Shown here one piece after another: positions 12,860 to 26,220 of a DNA stretch of 64,000 nt (its first letter is position 1; each line of letters opens with the position of its first letter). The translations under genes were made by a program, and so were the position numbers. Under the pieces are notes generated by a model, which was not told the DNA's origin, ran no database searches, and saw only the letters and a list, made by a program, of their open reading frames with translations. The DNA comes from Octopus vulgaris (lineage: Eukaryota): assembly GCA_951406725.2 (NCBI GenBank), contig OX597820.1:19592001-19656000 (forward strand), given 5' to 3'.

Positions 12860-13269
12860 GTAAGCTGTGTTGGCTTTGAACTCCAGCCTTATATTGTTTA
12901 CAAAGCTACAAAGCTCTCCCCTCCATTTATATTGTATAGGGAGGTCAGTTTACTAGTACTTTTTTTCAGGGTTGTCTTATTGCTTTCCAACCAGAAAAAA
13001 AAAGGGGGTAAAGGTGTTATATATAGACAGATGTGTGTATGTTTTGTGTATTTCAAACTGAAGGATTGCTTGGAAGCTTGAGGCAAGATATATAAAAATC
13101 TGCCAATTTATTGTTGCTCCAGCAAGAACCTGACAGCAGCCCCTATTTAAATACTGTGTATATTAAATATTTATCCCTCACTGGAAGGAGTCCTTTCTGT
13201 GTTGGCCCCTACCTATAACAGAAACGACATAGTTTTACATATTCGTACACACACACACAGACACACGTT

Positions 13270-13760
13270 TTTTCTTTATTCTGTTGCTTGTTTCAGTTAT
13301 GACTGCGGCCATACTGGAGCACTGCCTTAAAAGGTTGTTTTTATTTTCATTCAGTCGAACAAATCAACCTCAGGACTTATTCTTCGTAAGCCTACTACTT
13401 ATTTTATCAGGGGTGTTTTTGCCGAACCGCTATGTTACGGGGACGTAAACACACCAACATCGGTTGTGAAGCGATGGTGGGGTGGAGGGCATAAGCACAA
13501 AGACACACGAACACACTCACAAGTAAATAATGTATATGGTAAGATCAGCTGTGGTGGATATATAATACTGTACATTTCGGATTATATATATATATATATA
13601 TGACGGGCTTCTTTCAGTTTCCGTCTGTCAAATCCACTCACTAGGCTTTGGTTGGCCCAAGGCTATAGTAGAAGACACTTGCCCAAGGTGCCACGCAGTG
13701 GGACTGAACCCGGAACCATGTGGTTGGGATTCAAGCTACTTAACACACAGCGGCACCTGT
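13270..13760 (-). mobile_element. SINE family A, full length
   Basis: Reverse complement of the family A consensus; Penelope-like tail fragment inside its microsatellite at about 13537-13590. Confidence 0.9.
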
Positions 13761-13847
13761 ATCTTCTAAGGGCACAGCCTTGAACAATTGCTAGTAGAAT
13801 GAATGAAGCCTAGTACAATTTTTTCGTTTTATATATATATATGTATA

Positions 13848-14205
13848 GGCGCAGGAGTGGCTGTGTGGTAAGTAGCTTGCTAACCAACCACATGGTTCCG
13901 GGTTCAGTCCCACTGCATGGCATCTTGGGCAAGTGTCTTCTGCTATAGCCCCGGGCTGACCAACGCCTTGTGAGTGGATTTGGTAGACAGAAACTGAAAG
14001 AAGCCTGTCGTATGTGTTTGTATCCCTAGCATTGCTTGACAACCGATGCTGGTGTGTTTACGTCCTCGTCACCTAGCGGTTTGGCAAAAGAGACCGATAG
14101 AATAAGTACTGGGCTTACAAAGAATAAGTCACGGGGTCGATTTGCTCGACTAAAGGCGGTGCTCCAGCATGGCCGCAGTCAAATGACTGAAACAAGTAAA
14201 AGAGT
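13848..14205 (+). mobile_element. SINE family A, full length
   Basis: ggcgcaggagtggctg...gactgaaacaagtaaaagag. Confidence 0.95.
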
Positions 14206-14221
14206 ATACCTTTTATACATA

Positions 14222-14320
14222 TGTGAGTTGAGAAAAATCTGGAGTTGAATTTGGGTCTTTGGGTCCCTCTTCCCCAAACCCAAACAAACAAATTCAATTC
14301 CAGATTTTTTCCAACTCACT
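14222..14320. repeat. Fold-back inverted repeat (about 30-bp arms) in a TA-flanked insert
   Basis: gtgagttgagaaaaatctggagttgaatttg / caaattcaattccagattttttccaactcac. Confidence 0.75.
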
Positions 14321-14880
14321 CAAATATATATAAAATGTATGAATTTTCTGTAAAATAAATCATTCATGAGGAATCCCTCAAAGGGAGAAAAGTGCTAAAT
14401 AAATACTCTTTTTCCAAATCCCGACTATTATTTTCTTCATGCACACACATGACAGGCTTCTTTCAGTTTCTCTCTAGCAAATCCAATCACAAGACCTAAG
14501 TTGGCCTGAGGCTCTGTAGTAGAAGACATTAGTCGAAGGTCCTGAGGATTAAACATTTTACCATAGAGTCACACCTAAGCCTCTCTCTATATATATAAAA
14601 TCAAAATCACCCCATTTGATTTATATGGATAATACCATACCAAATTCTGGTGCCTTAAGTACCATATTCATCTGAATCTAAATTTTGCTGAACTTATATA
14701 TATATAGACATGGCCTGGACCAATCTTTGGTCAAAGCAAGTTTATATATATGTATGTATATTAACTCTACTTTTAATTACTCTTTTTAGTTGCTCCACTA
14801 TCTTATTAATTATACTACACTGCTATCTCTTCCATGATAAAAGCTTCATCATTTCCATAGGGGTAGCTTCACAAAACAGT

Positions 14881-14934
<54 letters not shown>

Positions 14935-15590
14935 TATACACACACTAGCCAGTGGACAAATGAAAGAAAAAGGCACTTTTAGTAGCAGTTTCTGTTGAAA
15001 GCTTTGAAAAATTACTCAACCAATATTGTTTTTAATTATAAAAGCAATGTTGCTCTGACTGGTAGGATGGCTATATTTAATTACTTTTCAGTATCTGTTG
15101 GGGATTTTGTTAACCTTGGAAATGTCTGAACTCCACTTGACCTTATATTAGTTGCAGTATCTCCACAAAAAAAAAAGAAAGAAAAAATAAATAAATAAAT
15201 GAAGAGCGAACTCCTTGTTATCAGAGACAAGAAATACCTTGCTTGTATGCAGTGTTATCTCATCTCATCATTAGGTTCTGAGTTCAAATGTTAGTAGGGC
15301 TGATAAAATATTTACCAGTCATTTATTTAGTGATGCCCAGATGATCTACATTTAATTACTTTTACAGGTGTTGGTGTAAACCATATATATATATATAGAG
15401 AGAGAGAGAGGGAGTGATAGATATAGATGATTGGAGCCTGGTGCAGCCATCTGGTTTGCCAGCCCTCAGTCAAATCATCCAACCAATGCTAGCATGGAAA
15501 GTGGACATTAAATGACGATGATGATGATATATATATATATGTATGTATATTTATGTTAATTGAAGTGTACAGTATTATATGTCCATTATG

Positions 15591-15678
15591 GCTGATCTTT
15601 CCACTTGGTTTCACACTAGGGGTTCAATGGAGTGTTAGGTAACGGTCCAATTATAACCTTGTGCTCTTCAGAGGTGGC
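15591..15678 (-). ncRNA. Type I hammerhead copy with a mutated cleavage triplet (GAA)
   Basis: Minus strand: gccacct CUGAAGA gcacaagguu...aaccccuagugu GAAA ccaagugg AA agaucagc. Confidence 0.5.
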
Positions 15679-16028
15679 TGTTATGGAATGAAATATGGGG
15701 ACTGTCAGTTCGCGTAAGCATGGCAAGAATGATAAACCTGGTATAGAACTCAATATGCATATGTTTCTGGACAAAGTGTTAGCTGAGTATAGAGCAGTAA
15801 TTAGAAAGAGACATGACAAAGGAATAAGTGATTATCTTATGAACTTCATTATCTTACAGTTATTTCTGCTATAAGATGCAGTGGGCTCATAGTTGAGTGC
15901 TTGAATAGCACCTTATAGCTTCATCAGAGCCTTGAATATGAAGTGCAATTTATTTAGTAGTAAGCTAACGAAGTTCATAAGATAATAATTTATTCCATTG
16001 TCATCTCTCTGTCTTATACATGTATGTA

Positions 16029-16070
<42 letters not shown>

Positions 16071-16375
16071 AATTAGAAAATAAACACCTTTTATCAATTA
16101 AATTATACCGTAGAAAGATTGAATATAAGATAAAACATATAACGATGATTAAGTAATGTACAAAATAATAAATAAAACGTAATGTATATCTGTATGTATG
16201 TAAGCCCTCAAAGAATCCATAATTCAGGAAGAAATGCACACCTGTATCTGTCAGTAGAGTGGGTATATTAATCAAAGTGTACAGTATTATATATCTGTTA
16301 TGGCTGGTCTTACCAATCAGTTTCACACTAAAGGTTCAACAGTGTTAGGTAGTCGCTGTATTTCATTCCATACCT

Positions 16376-16465
16376 GCTACCTCTGAAGAGTGCAGGGTTA
16401 CATAATTGGACTGTTACCTAACACTCCATTGAACCCCTAGTGTGAAACTAATTGGTAAGATCAGC
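16376..16465 (+). ncRNA. Type I hammerhead ribozyme, core intact
   Basis: CUGAAGA (16383-89), stem II GUGC-AGGGUU...AACCCCU-AGUGU, GAAA (16444-47), stem III CU-aauu-GG, GUA (16455-57), imperfect stem I gcuaccu/agaucagc. Confidence 0.6.
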
Positions 16466-17135
16466 TGTAATGGATGTACACTTCGATTAACATATCTATG
16501 TATTTGTATATATACACACACACTGTGGGCTTTTATAGTTTTTGTCTGCCAGATTCACTCACAAGGCATTTGTGAGACTAAGGTTACAGTAGAAAACTCT
16601 TGCTCAAGTTGCTGCACATAGGGACTGAATCCAAAACCTTGTGGTAACAAAGTGAGCTTCTTAGCCACACTGACATACCTACATTTATATCTCTGTACAA
16701 CATATTTTAATTTACATAAAAACGAAGAATATTTTATGAAAGTATTGATATAAATGATGGTTGTATACAACAATATTATTGGTTTAGCTAAACTAGGGTA
16801 TGTCACACATGTTAGGTCATGTCAGATATGAATGAAATGTGTATTATTTAGTTGTGAGCTCTTAGAAAACATACATTGACTGGCTGTTTATTTAGGTAAA
16901 GCTTTCTGCTATGCATATTCTATTTATTGATCACATGAATATTTGGTATTCGCTATGAATTCAGGGGAAAAGTCAGAGGAGAGTTCCAGTACCTTGAAGT
17001 GTGTGTGTGTGCACGCGCATGTATGCATGTTGTTGAGAGCTTAGCATATAAGTAGGTATATTTATGTTTGTGTATGTGGGTGGATATACACTCACACACA
17101 CCTACACACGTATGCACGTGTTTGTGTTCCTGCAC

Positions 17136-17597
17136 CCGGCAGAATTTGAACTCAAGACGTAGACAGCCAAAATACTGCTATGCATTTTGCCCAGCATGCT
17201 AACATTTCTTATTTCTTTATTGCCCACAAGGGGATAAACTCAGAGGGGACAAACAAGGACAGACAAATGGATTGAGTCGATCATATCGACCCCAGTGCGT
17301 AACTGGTACTTATTTAATCGACCCCGAAAGGATGAAAGGCAAAGTCAGCCTGGGCGGAATTTGAACTCAGAATTTAACGGCAGGCGAAATACATATTTCT
17401 TTATTACCCACAAGGGGCTAAACACAGAGGGGACAGACAAATGGATTGAGTCAATCATATCGACCCCAGTGCGTAGCTGGTACTTATTTAATCGACCCCG
17501 AAAGGATGAAAGGCAAAGTCAGCCTGGGCGGAATTTGAACTCAGAACGTAACGGCAGACGAAATACCGCTAAGCATTTCTGCCAGCTCTCTGCCTTC
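17136..17597 (-). mobile_element. SINE family B tandem dimer plus a duplicated head fragment
   Basis: Two units of about 180 bp (17210-17392, 17393-17580) joined at gaaatacatatttcttt. Confidence 0.9.
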
Positions 17598-17884
17598 CAA
17601 ATACCAGTGTGGGCATTTTTACGTCTCCATAACTTTGCAGTTCAGCAAATGAGACTGCTGGAATATGTACCTAAATTTAAAAAAATAAATAAAGCACTGG
17701 TGTTGATTTGTTTAATCAAACCTCCTGAAAGCAGTGCTCCAGCATGGCTGCAGCCTTATGGCTGGAAATAGTATAAGACAGACGATAGAATTTCTGTGTC
17801 AATGGGTGTCAGCTTAAAATATTCATTTTTGTGGTATGTAATCTTTTAACATTTAAACTGGCCATATCTGGCCTAAATACCAAA

Positions 17885-18117
17885 TATTCTTTTCTACTCT
17901 AGGCTCAAGGCCTGAAATTTTGTGGGGAGGGGGCCAGTCGATTAGATCGACCCCCCCCCTCCCCAGTATGCAACTGGTACTTAATTTATTGACCCCGAAA
18001 GGATGAAAGGCAAAGTTGAACCCGGCAGAATTTGAACTCAAGGCATAGATAGCCAAAATACTGCTATGCATTTTGCCCAGCATGCTAACATTTCTGCCAG
18101 CTCACCCACCGCCTTCC
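17885..18117 (-). mobile_element. SINE family B (second tail type) inside a piggyBac-like MITE
   Basis: Tail ttcttttctactctaggc...aaggcctgaaattttg; flanks 17845-17885 and 18120-18645 are MITE sequence. Confidence 0.85.
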
Positions 18118-18279
18118 AAATACCAAATCTTTTACCTGTTTTATGTTCAAGCCAGCCAGATCCTGCCTCTTACCCTATGATGTCACTCTAAAAAAAATTC
18201 CATCACATTTTGAAGCTGTGAAATAATGTATGACCAATTCAAAACAATGTGGATGAATAAGCATTACATATGACAGATT

Positions 18280-18612
18280 GAAGGCACATGGCTCAGTGGT
18301 TAGAGTGTCAGGCTTGCAATCATGAGGTAGTGAGTTCAATTCTTGGACTGGGCTGTGTGTTGTGTTCTTGAGCAACACACTTTATTTCACGTTGCTCCAG
18401 TTCACTTAGCTGTAGAAATGAGTTGTGATGTCACTGGTGCCAAGCTGTAATCGGTCCCTTTGCCTTTCCCTTGGATAACATCAGTGGCGTGAAGCGGGGA
18501 GGTTGGTATGCATGGGCGACTGCTGGTCTTTCATAAACAACCTTGCCCGGACTTGTGCCTTGGAGGGGAACTTTCTAAATGCAATCCCATGGTCGTTCAT
18601 TTACCCTTTTAC
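18280..18612 (+). mobile_element. SINE family E (tRNA head, CORE-like block)
   Basis: A-box tggctcagtgg, B-box gttcaattc, ttgtgttcttgagcaacacac; homologous to 44497-44832 (-) and 59815-60131 (+). Confidence 0.85.
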
Positions 18613-18944
18613 ATATGATGGAGTAATATCAGTGCTAAAGGGTGAAACAAAATGATTTTATGTGACGTCTCTTCCTGATCAAAATTGTGATTCCATCTCC
18701 TACTTCTGTGACTTAATTTCCATCACCTTTGTTGTACCAACTAAATCATTTGTTTGATATCCATCTCCTGTTTTATACACACACATTATATCCATACATC
18801 TTTCATGTTTATATTCATATGTACACAGTAAGTAAAATGGCATTTTCATTCTGTCAAAAAAGATAGGAAAGATATTAAAGAATTTGGTCAATATTTAAAA
18901 TGTATATATATTTATTCAATCCTTGCTATAAAATCAAATTTAAG

Positions 18945-18978
<34 letters not shown>

Positions 18979-19348
18979 GGTTAACTTTACTAACATCAAA
19001 AGCTGATTGTTTTGTGTTTAGCATTTTATCACTCAAAACATTGGTTCCGTTGTTTTTGTTACTATTGGAAGTTTTGATGGTCTTCAGGAATTGTTTGAGT
19101 TTGAACTAATTAATTGTTAATTCTGAACTAACTTGCAAAAAAAAAATAATTAAAAAATCGGTCCAGAATCAGAAATCTATTTCTGAAAACTTTGGCTGTG
19201 TACTAAGAAGTTTGCTTCACAACCACATGGTTGGTTCCAGGTTCAGTTCCACTGCATAGCACCTTGGGTGTCTTCTTCTATAGCCTCAGGCCAACAAAAG
19301 CCTTGTGAGTGGATTTGGTAGACAGAAACTGAAAAAAAGCCCATCATG

Positions 19349-19954
<606 letters not shown>

Positions 19955-20364
19955 CGTTTAACATTTGCTTTCCATGCTAGCATGGGTTGGACGATTTGAC
20001 TGAGGACTGGCAAAACAGATCGTCTCACACAAGCATGCACAACTTGTCATTATATTTGGGTTTTCAACCATAAGACTCCAAAAATATACACATGCCTATA
20101 TAGTGTAGGTTCAGTCCCACTGTGTGGCACCTTGGGTAAATGTCTTCTGCTGTAGCCCTTTGCTGATCAGTGCTTTATGAGTGAATTTTGGTAGGTAGAA
20201 GCTGTATGAAGTCCATTAGTTGTTTATTCATGTGTGCACATGTTCCTTTGCATTTGTACTTCCAAAAGAAAGTGTTGTATGACCAGTGGTAGTATCAACA
20301 GGAATACACATATATATGCATGCATGCAAGTTTAAACACACATATAGAGACAAACACAAATACG

Positions 20365-20575
20365 ACCCTTTAGCTTTTAAACTGACCAAACAAATACTTT
20401 GCTTGTTTTGCATTCGAAATGGTCAGATCTGGCCTCTCACACTTGCCCTACAATGTCATTCTGCAAATAAACATATGCCTCATCGAAATCTTGAAGCTAC
20501 AAGATAATGCAAGATTAAACAATGTGATTAGATAAGCATTACTTTCGACAGAATAATCCGAATGTTAAAGGGTTA
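20365..20575 (+). mobile_element. piggyBac-like MITE family (CCCTTTAGC...GCTAAAGGG ends)
   Basis: accctttagc...atgttaaagggttag; interior agatctggcctctcacac...caatgtcattct is shared with other copies. Confidence 0.65.
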
Positions 20576-21246
20576 GAATAGTTTCCATCTACCAAATTCT
20601 TGTGAATCATTGCTTTGCTCAGGGCAATAGTAGAAGACAAATGTCTGAAGTACTGTGCTGTGGGATTGAACCCAAAACCACATGGTTGTGGAACAAACTT
20701 CGTAACCACTCAGCCACTATTTTGAAATAAACATTTTTAGATACATTTTTAAAATTCCTACTGAAATTCTAGCCTGTAGAAATTTCAAACCCTGGCTTTG
20801 AAATGAGGTTAGTTTGGTGGTATCAGGAATGCGGTGTACAACACAAAGTAAAGTTGAAATTGCATACTTTTTATCTAAAGTGGGATATTCCAAAGTTTAC
20901 AACCCTAAATTGAAATTTTTCAAAACTAAAAATACGTGTTCACTGCTTGCTGTTTTCATTTAGATTCATGCGACTCTCTGCTTGTGTAAGAAAGTTAACT
21001 ACACAAAATATAATTCCGTTGACCCCTACGAAATTTCATCAACCTAAAGCATCCTCTATATTTTCATAAATCTGTGCAAATTGCATTAAAAATAAGCTAT
21101 AACGTTTCTGTTGAAATATTCTTCCATCATCTGAGTTAATTTTGAAAATAATGAATTAAGTACAAGAAATTTATCGCTATTAATTTGGTGTTGGAAGCAT
21201 AAATTAACCAGAAATCTTGCTGGAAGGTTTTAATTTAACTCTTTAG

Positions 21247-21635
21247 CACACCAGGTGAAATGCTTAATGGTATTTCGTATGTCTTTATGTTCTGAGTTCA
21301 AATTCCGCCGAGGTCGACTTTGCCTTTCATCCTTTCGAGGTCGATAAATTAAGTACCAGTTACGCACTGGGGTTGATGTAATTGACTTAATCCGTTTCTC
21401 TGTCCTTGTTTGGCCTCTCTGTGTTTAAACCCTTGTGGGCAATAAAGAAATAGGTATTTCATCTGTCTTTATGTTCTAAGTTCAAATTCTGCCGAAGTCG
21501 ACTTTGTTTTTCATCCTTTCAGGATCGATAAATTAAGTACCAGTTGCATTATTGGGATCAATAAATTAAGTACCAGTTGCATATTAGGGTCGATCTAATC
21601 AAAATTTTGGGCCTTGTGCCTAGAATAGAAAAGAA
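21247..21635 (+). mobile_element. SINE family B tandem dimer
   Basis: Second unit starts after aaagaaatag|gtatttc at about 21453. Confidence 0.88.
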
Positions 21636-21636
21636 T

Positions 21637-21996
21637 TTAACTCTTTAGCATTTACATTATTTTGACAAAAGTAATGCTTATTTATTCACATTGTTTTAAA
21701 TCAATCATGCATTATTCTGTAGCTTCAAGATTTCAGTGATGTGATTGTTTATTTTTAGAATGACATAGTAGTGTAGGTGTGAGAGGCCAGATCTGGCTGG
21801 TTTGAACATAAAATGTTTAATTTTAGCATAACATTGTAGGGTAGGTGTGAGAGGCCGGATCTGGCTGGTTTGAACATAAAATGTTTATTTTTAGAATGAC
21901 ATAGTAGGGTAGGTGTGAGAGGCCGGATCTGGCTGGTTTGAACACAAAACACAATATTTGGGCCAGGCATGGTCGGTTTACATGCTAGAGGGTTAA
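21637..21996 (-). mobile_element. piggyBac-like MITE with three internal tandem copies of about 60 bp
   Basis: ttaa-ctctttagcat...atgctagaggg-ttaa; gtaggtgtgagaggcc(a/g)gatctggctggtttgaaca repeated 3x at about 21750-21945. Confidence 0.75.
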
Positions 21997-23814
21997 GGTG
22001 ACATGAATTATGACCTTCGATCAAATTTTCATATTAATTTAGATTCAAAGCAACTTAATAATGACAAAATCATTTCACTAAATTCTTCACTATTTTCAAA
22101 ATCAATTGAAACACAAACAGTAGAATTTAAAAAGCAGTTTGGTAATAAATGGGTTAAATACAAACACTTGAAAACTGAAGGGTTTTGTATCATAGAATCA
22201 GGTGTGATCTCAGAGCGACTGCTATCGAGAGGACTCGATAAATATATAAAGGAACTCTATGAATTACTCACTCGAGTAATCAGAAAAATATATTTTTGGA
22301 ATGGAAATAACATCTAAGTCTTATAGTTATAAGAAAAGATTTTTTTTTATTTTTCCAGTTTGCATGTGAAGGTTTTTGATTAGCATTTTGTAGTAAATAT
22401 TTGAAATGGAGAGGAGCTTATAGATTTGAATGGAAATTGACATTTTTATTAGCAATAACTATTATTAAATTTGATCGGAAATTCTGCATTTTGCCTTCTA
22501 AGACATTTGTATTTTATTTTCTCCTTTCTTTGACAAGTGTATAATTGCTTTTCACTTTAAAAACAATGCCTTATTAGAAAGGCTTCTATCCAAACTGCAT
22601 CTTCACTCTTTAATTTTTCATTAACCTCCGCTCTTGTTAATATTGGCAAAGCTATTTTTAAAAGCTTTATCACGTTTGCACTTTCCCAAGTAGAAACATG
22701 TTTTTGCATAATAACTTCATGAGTACTTATGGTCAAGATAATAAAAACATGTCATTTTTATTGAAAAATGTTAAAAATTTCTGTGGAAAATTTTAATATT
22801 TATTTCTGTACTATATTAGGCTAGATAACTCAATGATAGGGGTGAAGGTGTGACGTGTTAACACTTCAGTAGCGGGGAAATCTTATTGTAAATGACAGTA
22901 AAATAAAAAGATTAAAAAAATAGAAAATTCACTGAATATTTAGACACTCTATCTATTTAAATCACCTGATATTAATTTGATTTTTTTGTTCTTCTCTATT
23001 TAATAAACGTATTAAAAAGCAATTATGCTAGAATTTCTTCTGGTGTTCTCTCCCTTGAGTATGTGATTGTTCTGCGTAATGATAAGATGATGTGAAAGGA
23101 AGGCAAATTGGCAAGATTTAGAGTACTCAAATGCATAGGCGTTGACTGTGTGGTTAAACAAGCTCACTTTGCAACCACATGGCCTTGGTTTCAGTCCCAC
23201 TGTGCAGCACTCTCAGCAAGAGTCTTGTTATAAACCCCGAGCCAACCAATACTTTTGTGAGTGAATTTGGTAGATTGGAAACTGTGTGGAAGCTTGTCAT
23301 GTATGTATCTTTCTGTTTGCATTTGTCCTGTCACCACATCAGAAATGGTGTTGATTTATTTATGTTTCCATCTACTAAATCCATTCACACAGGGCTATCA
23401 TAGAAAGCACTTGCCATTCAATGGGACTGAACCTGAAATCATGTGATTATTAAGCAGACATCTTACCACATCTCCATTCTGTCAACCCTTATAAACCTTA
23501 ACAAAAAAAAAATGCACTCAATTATCCTTCCTGAAATAGAACATATGAGCTATACTAATGAAGTCCATTTATAAGACGATATCAGGAAACATCCAGCTGT
23601 ACTTATCTACAGCCATAAAAAGCTAAATAAGAAGTATTGTATTTGATGGCATGAAAGACACATGGTTATGTTAGATACAACCCAATTTCAGCAGTGCATT
23701 ATCAGAAAAAAATTTTTCAGTGCATTAAAGGATGTAATATAGGCCCCACTTAGCATATAGGTTCCAGGGTGAGTTTTCAAGACATTTTTGTGTGGGAAAG
23801 CAAGTACATCTTAT

Positions 23815-24030
23815 ATACCTATTTCTTTACTACCCACAAGGGGCTACCCACAGAGAGGACAAACAACAACAGACAAACGGATTAAGCTGATTACATCGAC
23901 CCCAGTGCGTAACTGGTACTTATTTAATCGACCCCGAAAGGATGAAAGGCAAAGTCGACCTCAGCGGAATTTGAACTCAGAACGCAACGGCAGACGAAAT
24001 ACTGCTACGATTCTGCCAGCTTGCCGCCTT
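23815..24030 (-). mobile_element. SINE family B
   Basis: Family B domain in reverse. Confidence 0.88.
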
Positions 24031-24439
24031 CAAGAAGTGCATCTTATATACCATCAGATATAATATCGATGTAGTCTCTATCATATTTGTCTGTACATTT
24101 GACGGCAGATGCCGTCGAATGAAGCTATGGAGATAAACTTGTGTCCTCCACAGATTGACTTTTCATTCAGTATTTGAAACCTTCCACCTACCTACTTCAC
24201 TAATTCGAAGTAAACAATGAATGCCACAACTTATTGTTTTGAATTCTGCTTGGACTTAAGGCTTGCTTCCATCATATTTTTAGCTAGTCTTCATATCCTT
24301 GCTGAAATGTTTTCAGAATGACTAGGTTTCGCCAAAAACAATTATAGCTGCAGATTTTGTTCCTCTGCTGACAAAAATTGTCACAAGTGTATCATTCTGT
24401 AGCCATTTCTTGCCACAAGATATATATGATTAACAACGG

Positions 24440-24762
24440 TGTTTTATATGTATATGTGTTCTATGTACGTGTATATAGATACGTGGGTGTATATATGTAT
24501 GTATATATGTGTATATGTGCATAAACATATGTGTATGTATGTATGTTTGTGTGTGTATAGATACGTGGGTGTATATGTATATATGTATGTATATGTGAAT
24601 ATGTGTGCATGAACATATGTGTATGTATGTGTGTGTATATGTATGTATATATGTGTATATGTAAATATGTGTGCATGAACACATGTGTATGTATGTATGT
24701 ATGCATGTGTGTGTTTATATGTACATATACAGGTGTTTTCTCTGTGTGTGTGTATATATATG
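24440..24762. repeat. TA/TG-rich minisatellite (irregular 60-80 bp period)
   Basis: tatagatacgtgggtgtata twice; gtgcat(g/a)aaca(t/c)atgtgtatgtatgt three times. Confidence 0.85.
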
Positions 24763-25835
24763 TAAGGAAGTTAGTAAATACATTTGTTGCATTTACAGTA
24801 TAAATCTGTTATACACCATATTGTCATGCTTCATGTTTATTATTCTCCTCTTCCACATCATTCTCTTCATCACCAATAATAGCAGCAGCGGTAGCAGCAG
24901 CAGCAGCAGCATGTTTTACATTTGTTTGCCCTCACCAGCGCAAGTTAAACATAGCTGAAATGTACACTAACCTACCTCCACTTTATATATTTGCGCTATT
25001 GCTGTTTTCCCTGAAACCATAACACTTAAATTTTACTTTACATTAAACAAACACCAAAGCACTTTCAAAGATATATATATAAATATACACACTACATATA
25101 AATTATGAATTACACTTTGAGGTTTGATTTTTCAAATTTTATAGAAAAACTGGGGTGGTTGGGGTGACTAGGGGGAAGTATTTATTTTATCATAGGTTAT
25201 TGTTTGTTTGCTTTCTTTGGGTTTTTTTTCGGTTTTTTTTTTCTTACTTTTTTAAGCCATGGTTTTGGAAAATTTGGACATTTGCAGCGAACTAGTTGAA
25301 GAATTTATTGTTCTGACAACAGCTACCCATGAAGCCATCAACATCACCATCATCATCATCATTTTAATGTTTGCTTACCCAAGCTTGTATGGCTCGGACA
25401 AAGTTTATCGAGGTAGATCTTTACAGCTGGGTGCCCTTCCTGTTAACAACCCTTACTGGTTTCCATTTCCCAGCTAGTCAGACATGTTTTCCCATAGTCG
25501 GACATGTTTCTGCAGAATATTTGAAACAAATGACATTTATAACATTATATGGTGTCAAGGCAAGGATACAATAACGACACATACTCAAACATGTGTGAGT
25601 GGATATATGAAGGCACTTGGCCTCGTGACTTATAGTGTTGATCTCAGGATCATGGTTTCAGTTCCTAGATTGGGTGGCATGTTGTGTTCTTGAGCGAAAT
25701 ACTTCATCTCCCATTGCTCTGCATTCATTTCGACACGTGACATGTGGTACACCGTGTAACTGTACAAGCAACATCAATATGATAGGGAATGAGCTTATTT
25801 GCAATACGTCTATTTGATCAATATAAACAAATCGT

Positions 25836-26220
25836 AGACGTAAGAGTGGCTGTGTGGTAAGTAGCTTGCTCACCAACCACATGGTTCAGGGTTCAGTCCC
25901 ACTGCATGGCACCTTGGGCAAGTGTCTTCTATAGCCTCGGGCTGACCAGAACCTTGTGAGTGGATTTGGTAGACAGAAATTAAAAGAAGCCGTTGTATAT
26001 ATGTATATTCTTGTGTCTGTGTTTGTCCCCCCCAACATAGCTTGACAACTGATGCTGGTGTGTTTACATCCCCATAAGTTAGTGGTTCGGTAAAAGAGAC
26101 TGATAGAATAAGTACTAGGCTTACAAAGAAAAAGTCTTGGGGTCGATTTGCTTGGCTAAAAGACGGTGTTCCAGCATGGCCGCAGTCAAATGACTGAAAC
26201 AAGTAGAAGAGTAAAGGAGT
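25836..26220 (+). mobile_element. SINE family A, full length
   Basis: Consensus match. Confidence 0.92.

Larger units (their letters stand above)
15550..16500. mobile_element. Non-autonomous Penelope-like element cluster with direct and inverted pseudo-LTR-like repeats
   Basis: 15555-15640 recurs directly at 16265-16351; 15555-15695 recurs inverted at 16355-16495; TA-microsatellite flanks; hammerhead motifs within the repeat. Confidence 0.7.

Noticed and set aside
13081-13104. AGGCAAGAT (miR-31-like start); also TGAGGTAG (let-7-like) at about 18323 and 59858
   Set aside because: Only 8-9 nt match and no precursor hairpin; the let-7-like hits lie in SINE E heads
21750-21945. Regular repeats of about 60 bp resembling a CRISPR array
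   Set aside because: No unique spacers; a tandem expansion inside a MITE in eukaryotic DNA
24060-24420. Possible minus-strand coding or transposase remnant
   Set aside because: All frames are interrupted and I could not recognise a motif
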